Assembly (NCBI GenBank): GCA_965368175.1
Contig: CBDULX010000001.1
Location: 1-46,512, forward strand
Length of the DNA stretch: 46,512 bases
Direction of reading: 5' to 3'
Source of the DNA: an uncultured Gammaproteobacteria bacterium
GTDB lineage: Bacteria > Pseudomonadota > Gammaproteobacteria > SZUA-229
Shown: in pieces, positions 9,420 to 16,060 of the stretch
Layout of the letters: each line of letters starts with the position of its first letter
Numbering within the stretch: the stretch's first letter is position 1
The notes under the pieces: model-generated
Seen by the model: the letters and a program-made list of their open reading frames with translations, nothing else
Told to the model about the DNA's origin: nothing
Database searches by the model: none
Made by a program: the position numbers and the translations under genes

Positions 9420-12116
9420 ATGAGTTCTTTTGACTTAGGCCTGCTACCCTCAGGACATCTGCACGGCTTCCCAGTAACAGCGGATGGCGCTGCAGGTAAA
9501 GAGGCTCATATTGCCACCATCGGCAAGGCATTTGCACGTAGCGTGGGGGAAGGTTTGTTCACCCTTGCGGCCAGCAAAAACGGTACAGCTCTCTCCCCAG
9601 CATTGCAATATTGGCGCAATTTTGCCTGCAAATATCTGAGTGAACGCTGCCAGCTGACATCAGCAGATCCGCAGCGGCCTGATCTTCTCGAGCCGCTCAC
9701 AGATGCAGAAACCATGCCTCTGCTCATGAGTGTGCCACCCATGCGCGGAGCCGAGTATCTCTCTGCTGCGGTGCTGCAGGATATCCGCTCCTTGCTGGAT
9801 AGCTGGGTCTGTGAACAGATACAGGCTGTCGGCGGACTTGATGTTCTCCTAGCCAGGAGAGCGCCGCAATGGCATCAGGTGGGACGGGTCTGTTTTCATC
9901 TGGCGGAAAATAAAAGTGATCCGGATTACCCTTTTGCCTTCATGGCAACCTATGTTCCCGAACTTTCAGCGCAGGGACATATTCGCCATCAACCTCTCAG
10001 CCGCGCCTTACAGGAATATGCGGGTGCTAAAAACAAAAAGGCATTAATCCGCCTGCTTTCGCCTGTTCAACTCGCCGCCGAGTCCAGCGCAGTGGTTAAC
10101 GAGCTGGTTGATAGCGGCGACATCTATCATCCGTTGGCCTGGACACCCGGAGAGGCGTATGAGTTTCTCAAAGAAACACCGCTGTACGAGCAGAGTGGTG
10201 TTATCGTCCGGTTACCCAATTGGTGGAAAAAACGTAGCAGACCACGTGTCAGTATCACTATTGGTGGGAGTGCGCAAAAGAATTTCAATGCCGATGCTTT
10301 GCTGGATTTCAAAATGAGTATCGCCCTGGGCGATGAATCCCTCAGCAAAGCCGAGCTCAAGAAACTGATGGCGGAGGATAATGGTCTCGCTTTTATTAAG
10401 GGCCAGTGGGTTGAGGTGAATCAGGAGAAACTGATTGAAGCCATGGCTCACTGGAAAAAGGTGGAGTCTGAAATGGCGAGTGATGGGCTCACGTTTGCAC
10501 AGGGGATGCGCCTGCTGGCCGGAGCACCCGCCGATCTACGGGAGGATGTCCAGGAAGAGAGCAGAGAGTGGTCTTTTATTCAACCGGGGAAATGGCTGGC
10601 TTCACAGCTAGAGGTGTTGCGCTCACCGGCTCAAGTGAAGACCGTCAATCCGGGTAAAGCACTCAAAGCGACTCTTCGGCCCTATCAACAGGAGGGTGTG
10701 AACTGGCTGTGGTTACTCTCTCAGTTGGGATTAGGTGCCTGTCTGGCGGATGATATGGGGTTGGGGAAAACTATGCAGGTCATCTCGCTGCTGCTGGTTG
10801 TAAAAAAGATAGAAAAGCAAAACACGAGAAAACCCTCCCTGCTGGTGCTTCCTGCATCTCTTCTCGCCAACTGGCAAGTGGAACTGGAGCGTTTTGCCCC
10901 CTCACTGCGCTGCCTGTTTTTGCACAGCTCCCGGCTGAGCAAAAAAACGATGAATGGGTTGGCGGATGAAAGTGCCGTCCTGAAGAATATCGATCTGGTG
11001 TTGACCACTTATGGCACACTGATGCGTCAAAATTGGCTACAGGAGCAGCAGTGGCGACTGCTGGTACTGGATGAGGCCCAGGCGATCAAGAATCCGGCCG
11101 CCAGGCAGAGCAAAGCGGTCAAGAAACTCAATGCCGCATCCCGTATTACACTGACCGGTACGCCAGTGGAGAACCATTTATCGGATCTCTGGTCCCTGTT
11201 TGACTTTCTGAACCCCGGTTTGCTTGGAACCGCTAATCGGTTCAAAGGGTTTGTGAAATCACTCTCTGCGCGGGAGAGTGATCAATATGCACCATTACGC
11301 AATCTGGTGAATCCCTATATCCTGCGCCGTCTTAAAACCGACCGCTCAATCATCAGCGACCTGCCGGAGAAGACCGAAGTGTCCTCATACTGTGGTTTGA
11401 GTAAAGTCCAGGCGGCACAATATCAGCAGGCCGTTACAGAACTTGCAAAAGCCATTGAAAATCAGGATGGCATGAAACGGCGCGGTCTGGTGCTATCCTA
11501 CCTGTTACGCTTCAAACAGATTTGTAATCACCCGTCGCAACTGCTGGGTGATGATGTGTATGATCCGCAACAGAGTGGCAAATTTCGGCGTCTGGCCGAG
11601 CTTTGTGAAGAGATAGCCGAGCGCCAGGAGAAGCTTTTGGTCTTTACCCAGTTCCGTGAAATAATCGCTCCGTTGGCAAGCTTTCTGGCGCAACAATTTG
11701 GCCAGCCAGGCCTGGTGTTACACGGAGGTACTCCGGTCAAGCAACGGCAAAAACGGGTTGAGCAGTTCCAGGATGAAGAAGGGCCACCATTTTTTATTCT
11801 CTCCCTCAAGGCGGGAGGAACCGGCCTTAACCTGACACAGGCATCCCATGTAATCCATTTTGATCGTTGGTGGAACCCGGCTGTGGAAAACCAGGCCACA
11901 GACCGAGCCTTTCGCATCGGCCAGAAAAAAAACGTGCTGGTGCATAAATTTATCTGTCAGGGAACAGTAGAAGAGAAGATAGACGTCTTGATCAATGAGA
12001 AAACGGCTCTCGCCAATGATCTATTGGAAGGTGGTGCCAATACACTGCTGACAGAGATGGATAACGAGGCATTACTTAATCTGGTTTCACTCGACATTGA
12101 GAAGACACAAGTCTGA
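9420..12116 (+). CDS. SNF2/SWI2-family DEAD-like ATPase with a long bacterial-type N-terminal domain
   Basis: 898 aa. All helicase motifs are intact: I LADDMGLGKT, II DEAQAIKN, III LTGTPVEN, IV VFTQF, V LKAGGTGLNLT, VI HFDRWWNPAVENQATDRAFRIGQ. The ~430-aa N-terminal region (RVCFHLAE...PFAFMATY) resembles, from memory, the domain seen in SNF2 proteins partnered with SWIM proteins. Confidence 0.9.
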   Translation: MSSFDLGLLPSGHLHGFPVTADGAAGKEAHIATIGKAFARSVGEGLFTLAASKNGTALSPALQYWRNFACKYLSERCQLTSADPQRPDLLEPLTDAETMPLLMSVPPMRGAEYLSAAVLQDIRSLLDSWVCEQIQAVGGLDVLLARRAPQWHQVGRVCFHLAENKSDPDYPFAFMATYVPELSAQGHIRHQPLSRALQEYAGAKNKKALIRLLSPVQLAAESSAVVNELVDSGDIYHPLAWTPGEAYEFLKETPLYEQSGVIVRLPNWWKKRSRPRVSITIGGSAQKNFNADALLDFKMSIALGDESLSKAELKKLMAEDNGLAFIKGQWVEVNQEKLIEAMAHWKKVESEMASDGLTFAQGMRLLAGAPADLREDVQEESREWSFIQPGKWLASQLEVLRSPAQVKTVNPGKALKATLRPYQQEGVNWLWLLSQLGLGACLADDMGLGKTMQVISLLLVVKKIEKQNTRKPSLLVLPASLLANWQVELERFAPSLRCLFLHSSRLSKKTMNGLADESAVLKNIDLVLTTYGTLMRQNWLQEQQWRLLVLDEAQAIKNPAARQSKAVKKLNAASRITLTGTPVENHLSDLWSLFDFLNPGLLGTANRFKGFVKSLSARESDQYAPLRNLVNPYILRRLKTDRSIISDLPEKTEVSSYCGLSKVQAAQYQQAVTELAKAIENQDGMKRRGLVLSYLLRFKQICNHPSQLLGDDVYDPQQSGKFRRLAELCEEIAERQEKLLVFTQFREIIAPLASFLAQQFGQPGLVLHGGTPVKQRQKRVEQFQDEEGPPFFILSLKAGGTGLNLTQASHVIHFDRWWNPAVENQATDRAFRIGQKKNVLVHKFICQGTVEEKIDVLINEKTALANDLLEGGANTLLTEMDNEALLNLVSLDIEKTQV

Positions 12117-12137
12117 TAGAGAAGGGGGATAAATAAA

Positions 12138-13172
12138 ATGCATTATGGTGGATGGCCTCCATATGTGTCGGTCGCACAACGACGCGCCAGGGCAGCCAAA
12201 GGCATGAAAAAGCTGGGCAAGAAGGGCCTGGAGATTGAACCCATAGAGATTCAGGGACGTAAGATCGCTCGCACATTCTGGGGTGAGGCCTGGTGCAATC
12301 ATCTGGAAAAATTTAGCGATTATGAGAATCGCCTACCGCGGGGTCGAACCTATGTACGTAACGGTTCAGTGTGTCATCTTGCCATTTCAAAGGGAAAAAT
12401 CGAAGCCATTGTCAGTGGTTCGGAACTCTACAGAATCAACATTAATATCACCCCTCTGTCCATAAAGAATTGGAAAAACGTGCGCAAACAGTGTGCCGGA
12501 CAAATCGGTTCCATGCTGGAACTGTTGCAGGGGCGTTTTTCTGATAATGTAATGGAGATCGTAACCGATCAAAACAATGGGCTGTTTCCCAGGCCTGACG
12601 AAATAAAACTCGCCTGTGATTGTCCCGACTGGGCCGAAATGTGCAAACATATTGCCGCCGTCTTGTACGGTGTTGGTGCCAGGCTGGATCACCGGCCTGA
12701 ACTACTTTTTCTGCTGCGGAATGTTGATCATGAAGCGCTGATTGCAGCGGAGCTGGATATACAGTCAGCAACATCCAGAAAAGGGAAACGGCGGCGGCTG
12801 GCGGTAGCTGATCTTTCCTATGTGTTTGGTGTGGAGTTGGAAGAGTCCGTCAAACCCGGTCACAAAAATAGTACAGTCAGCAAAAAAACGGCCAGGAAGA
12901 GAAGTAAGAAGAAGACAGTTAAAAAGAAGATTGCCCTAAAGACGAAGAAAAAAGCATTTACACCGACAGCAACGGCAGTCACCAGGCTACGTAAGCGATT
13001 TGGGATGAACGCATCTCAGTTTGCAAAGTTGGTTGGTGTGAGTCCGCAGACGGTAAATAGCTGGGAAAACGGCAGTGGTAAGCTCAATCTCCGCCAACGT
13101 ACCACAGATGCGCTTACCCAGGCGGCTGAACTTACGCCGGAGCAGGCCATGAGAAAGTTAAAACGTAGCTGA
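12138..13172 (+). CDS. SWIM zinc-finger protein with a lysine-rich linker and a C-terminal XRE-type helix-turn-helix
   Basis: 344 aa. SWIM signature CDCPDWAEMCKH (CxCxnCxH). The N-terminal FWGEAWCNHLE...RLPRGRTYVRNGSV is typical of bacterial SWIM proteins. The linker is KKTARKRSKKKTVKKKIALKTKKK. The C-terminal LRKRFGMNASQFAKLVGVSPQTVNSWENGSGK is a classic XRE HTH. It starts 21 nt after the SNF2 stop, with a GGGGGA SD. Confidence 0.85.
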   Translation: MHYGGWPPYVSVAQRRARAAKGMKKLGKKGLEIEPIEIQGRKIARTFWGEAWCNHLEKFSDYENRLPRGRTYVRNGSVCHLAISKGKIEAIVSGSELYRININITPLSIKNWKNVRKQCAGQIGSMLELLQGRFSDNVMEIVTDQNNGLFPRPDEIKLACDCPDWAEMCKHIAAVLYGVGARLDHRPELLFLLRNVDHEALIAAELDIQSATSRKGKRRRLAVADLSYVFGVELEESVKPGHKNSTVSKKTARKRSKKKTVKKKIALKTKKKAFTPTATAVTRLRKRFGMNASQFAKLVGVSPQTVNSWENGSGKLNLRQRTTDALTQAAELTPEQAMRKLKRS

Positions 13173-13175
13173 ATT

Positions 13176-13248
13176 GTAGTAGCCCCGACTTGACCTGACC
13201 GTTACCGGTTTTGCGGAAGCGACTGTCCGGTCAAGTCGGGACTACTAC
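13176..13248 (+). terminator. long stem-loop just after the SWIM-HTH gene (20-bp stem, 33-nt loop)
   Basis: GTAGTAGCCCCGACTTGACC (13176-13195) pairs with GGTCAAGTCGGGACTACTAC (13229-13248) with one mismatch. It begins 4 nt after the stop codon. There is no U-tract, so it may be a structural or recombination site rather than a simple terminator. Confidence 0.45.
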
Positions 13249-13308
13249 ACATGAGTTTGTTACACATAATGTGATTTGTGAGGGTTGAGGCGAGGACTGG
13301 CTTCACCA

Positions 13309-13494
13309 CCACCCAGGTGGATTATCTCTGCCCGAAGGGGGTTGGTTTGAGGGTGGTCGATTTTATGTGAAGAGGGCCAAGGTCGCGAATGAACAATGAC
13401 AATGGTATTTTTCATGGTATTGACACTTGCGACCACCGTAAAACCCGCGCCACTACTGGCTTTTTGCGGCTTATTTACAATCGAATGGGAGTAG
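13309..13494 (+). repeat. internal island junction: a copy of the island right-arm sequence followed by a decayed guaA 3'-end
   Basis: 13309-13410 aligns at roughly three-quarters identity with 15826-15924 plus 15987-16004. This includes an exact 18-mer ACAATGACAATGGTATTT (13393-13410 = 15987-16004). Downstream, 13477-13494 reads ACA ATC GAA TGG GAG TAG = TIEWE*, the conserved GuaA C-terminus. Confidence 0.6.
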
Positions 13495-13755
13495 GGTTTT
13501 TTAATAAATTATTGTTTATTAAATGAAAAATGCTATGACTGAGAGTTTAAATCAAATGGTCAACGAGTTGGCACTTTGTCCTAGGACAAATCGTGCTGGA
13601 ACCCTGGATTTTATTAGGTGTAACAGCAGGAAACGTCAAGTAAGTGAGTTACCAATTGTCGAACTCAAGGTGCTGGGCGGGTAAGCCGCGACTGGATACA
13701 GCATTTATACTTCTATACATAAAAAAGGACAGTATATTGGTCATAAATAGCCCTT

Positions 13756-13850
13756 GTGACTGTTTTCGTGGTCATTCCGCTTGACATTTGTTTAAGGAAT
13801 GGCTATTAATATAGCCATAAAATAATTTAGTGACTGTTTTCGTGGTCATT
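13756..13850 (+). promoter_or_regulatory. hipBA promoter/operator region
   Basis: TTGACA (13781-13786), a 17-nt spacer, then TATTAA (13804-13809). It is flanked by two identical 21-bp repeats GTGACTGTTTTCGTGGTCATT (13756-13776 and 13830-13850). The -10 lies inside the dyad GGCTAT-taat-ATAGCC (13801-13816). Confidence 0.6.
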
Positions 13851-13864
13851 GTCAGGTGGGCCAG

Positions 13865-14197
13865 ATGGTGAAGGACAGAACATATTCGCGATATACGCGT
13901 GAGGCTGCGGCCTTGCTGGCCAAGCAGGTCCAGCTCGGACGCAAGCAGCATAAGTGGACCGAGCGTGAGCTTGCGGACCGGGCCGGCATCTCGCGGGCGA
14001 CGCTCCAGAAGATCGAAAAGGGTGACCTGAGCGTGGCCATCGGGCTTGTGTTCGAGGTGGCGGCCCTGGTGGGTGTGACCTTGTTCGATGAGGAGCGCAC
14101 CGCGCTTGCCGCTCACCTTGCCCGCACCGGTGACAAACTGGCCTTGTTACCGAGCGCCGTACGCAAGCGCAGAAAGACGGTGCATGATGATTTCTGA
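13865..14197 (+). CDS. hipB: XRE-family HTH antitoxin HipB
   Basis: HTH WTERELADRAGISRATLQKIEKGD. The stop overlaps the hipA start by 14 nt. The ATG at 13865 is preceded by AGGTGG (13854-13859). The track start at 13856 is an in-frame GTG. Confidence 0.85.
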   Translation: MVKDRTYSRYTREAAALLAKQVQLGRKQHKWTERELADRAGISRATLQKIEKGDLSVAIGLVFEVAALVGVTLFDEERTALAAHLARTGDKLALLPSAVRKRRKTVHDDF

Positions 14198-15488
14198 GGG
14201 ATCCTACAGCGAGGCCTTTGTCTGGGTGTGGTTGCCTGGTGAAGCTCAACCGATCGTGGCAGGCAGGCTGGCTGCCGAAGGCGATCAACTGATCTTCAAT
14301 TACGGTAAGAGCTATTTGGCTCGTGATAATGCCATTGCGCTCTATCATCCCGAGTTGCCCTTACAGGCCGGGCTTATTCCATTGCTTCCGGGTCTAAGCA
14401 TGCCTGCCTGCATCCGCGATGCCTCGCCGGATGCCTGGGGGCGGCGTATTATCATCAATAAAAAGTTCGGCCTGAAAGGCGCGAAGGCTGATGCAGGCCA
14501 GCTTGATGAGTTGACCTATTTGCTGGAGTCCGGCTCGGACCGTATCGGGGCTCTGGATTTTCAGCGTTCTGCCACCCACTATGTTCCGCGCGGATCGGTG
14601 AATGCTTCTCTAGATGAACTCGTGCAAGCCGCCGAGTTCATTGAGAAAGGCCTGCCGCTGAGTCCGGAGCTCGATCATGCTTTGCAACACGGTACTTCGC
14701 TCGGTGGTGCGCGGCCCAAGGCGCAGCTTGAAGACGGTGACAAGAAGTATATCGCGAAGTTTTCTTCGACGACTGATCTTTATAGCGTTGTAAAGGCTGA
14801 GTTCATCGCTATGCGCCTGGCGTCACAGGCCGGGCTTAACGTTGCGAGTGTGTCGCTGACCAGATCTTTGCACAAAGACGTTCTACTGATCGAGCGCTTT
14901 GACCGCGTGCATACCGGGGCCGGGTGGCAGCGCAAGATGATGGTCTCGGCGCTCACCATGTTCGTGCTCGATGAAATGATGGCGCGCTATGCCAGCTATG
15001 AAGACCTCGCTGAAATTATCCGTCACCGCTTTACTGATGCACCCGCCACGCTGCGGGAGCTCTACTCTAGGCTCGTCTTCAACATCCTCTGCGGCAATAC
15101 CGACGATCATGCTCGCAATCATGCCGCATTCTGGGATGGAGAAATACTTACGTTGACCCCAGCTTATGATATCTGTCCGCAAGGGCGTACAGGCAATGAA
15201 GCCTCGCAGGCCATGCTGATCGCCGGTAACAACCGAATGAGCTGCATATCCTCTTGCCTGGAGGCGGCGGCACAGTTTCTTTTGCCGCGCGCGGCGGCAA
15301 TCGATATCATCGAAAGCCAGCTCACCAGCATCATTGATCACTGGGATGCGATCTGCGATGAAGCGTCGCTCAGCGCTACCGATCGTGGGTTTCTCTGGGG
15401 GCGCCAATTCCTGAACCCCTATGCCTTTGATAACCTCAATGGCGATGCTACACACCTGAAGGCGCTTGCTGATAAGGCGAGCTTTTAG
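14184..15488 (+). CDS. hipA: type II toxin HipA-family serine/threonine kinase
   Basis: 434 aa from the ATG at 14184. HipA motifs are SLGGARPKA and the catalytic loop NTDDHARNHA. The N-terminal coupling-domain-like region is VWLPGEAQPIVAGRL. The track start at 14088 is an upstream extension overlapping hipB. Confidence 0.9.
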   Translation: MMISEGSYSEAFVWVWLPGEAQPIVAGRLAAEGDQLIFNYGKSYLARDNAIALYHPELPLQAGLIPLLPGLSMPACIRDASPDAWGRRIIINKKFGLKGAKADAGQLDELTYLLESGSDRIGALDFQRSATHYVPRGSVNASLDELVQAAEFIEKGLPLSPELDHALQHGTSLGGARPKAQLEDGDKKYIAKFSSTTDLYSVVKAEFIAMRLASQAGLNVASVSLTRSLHKDVLLIERFDRVHTGAGWQRKMMVSALTMFVLDEMMARYASYEDLAEIIRHRFTDAPATLRELYSRLVFNILCGNTDDHARNHAAFWDGEILTLTPAYDICPQGRTGNEASQAMLIAGNNRMSCISSCLEAAAQFLLPRAAAIDIIESQLTSIIDHWDAICDEASLSATDRGFLWGRQFLNPYAFDNLNGDATHLKALADKASF

Positions 15489-15825
15489 ATTTTGCTCATG
15501 GCTTGTGGGCATCAGCCGAAGCGGACGCTGCATAGGTGGTTTTTGTGGAGTTTCGGTTGATTCTTACCGCTCTTATCGAATCGGGGTAAAACCCAATTTT
15601 CCGGGCACATATGATAAAGGTCCTGGACTTTTCTGGATTCCTGGTTATAGCCTTTTCAATAAGTACTCAGTCATTGGACAGATCATGTCGTAACCCTGGA
15701 CTTTATTAAAAGAGAACCTCCGCTCATGATTACATGAATGTTAGCATTGCTTAGGGAGCTTGGAGGAAGACCGACACGAGCATTTGCAAGCGTTGTAAAT
15801 CTCGATACCGGTATGCTATATACTT

Positions 15826-16000
15826 CCACCCTGGCGGATTGAATCTCTACCCGAAGGGGATCGATTTGATAGGCGTTATCGGCTCGATATGATGAGGGCC
15901 AACGTCGTGAGTGGACAATGACAACAAGAAATTCCAATTTTAGTTGTTTGGTCATATAGCTAATTAACGTACTATATATCAATAACACAATGACAATGGT
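15826..16000 (+). repeat. right arm of the island (homologous to 13309-13410), interrupted by a short insertion
   Basis: See the alignment with 13309-13410. ACAATGACAA occurs at 15915-15924 and again at 15987-15996, bracketing 62 nt that are absent from the internal copy. Confidence 0.55.
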
Positions 16001-16060
16001 ATTTCCCGTGTGGTGTACGACATCACCGGCAAACCCCCGGGCACCATCGAGTGGGAATAA
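16001..16060 (+). pseudogene. 3' stub of guaA (last 19 codons + stop)
   Basis: Same amino-acid sequence as the end of intact guaA, with two synonymous differences (ACC/ACG, ATC/ATT). No upstream guaA sequence precedes it. Confidence 0.9.

Larger units (their letters stand above)
9104..16000. mobile_element. integrase-less composite genomic island inserted between guaA and tadA
   Basis: Flanked by the 232-bp direct repeats and splits an otherwise contiguous guaA-spacer-tadA unit. Cargo is SNF2, SWIM-HTH and hipBA. Composition differs from the backbone: spot counts gave 39/60 G+C at 14041-14100 versus 25/60 at 36001-36060. No recombinase-like ORF is present. Confidence 0.75.

Noticed and set aside
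13523-13684. 53-codon ORF (MKNAMTESLNQMVNELALCPRTNRAG...) in the gap before hipB
   Set aside because: It has no recognisable motif or convincing SD. It overlaps the 46-bp repeat, whose conserved reading frame is a different one.
14088-14183. Upstream extension of hipA given in the track
   Set aside because: It overlaps hipB in another frame and gives an Arg/Pro-rich non-HipA N-terminus. The ATG at 14184 gives the usual 4-14 nt hipB-hipA overlap.
13827-14348. 173-aa minus-strand ORF, together with the 216-aa minus-strand ORF at 14883-15533
   Set aside because: They are Arg/Pro/Ala-rich translations typical of antisense frames in high-GC DNA, and they fully overlap well-supported hipB/hipA.
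9104-16000. Looked for an integrase, recombinase, transposase or relaxase that could explain the island
   Set aside because: All ORFs of 60 aa or more are either SNF2, SWIM-HTH, hipB, hipA or antisense/junction-spanning shadows. I saw no R..H-x-x-R..Y, serine-recombinase or DDE patterns. Absence can only be confirmed by an HMM search.
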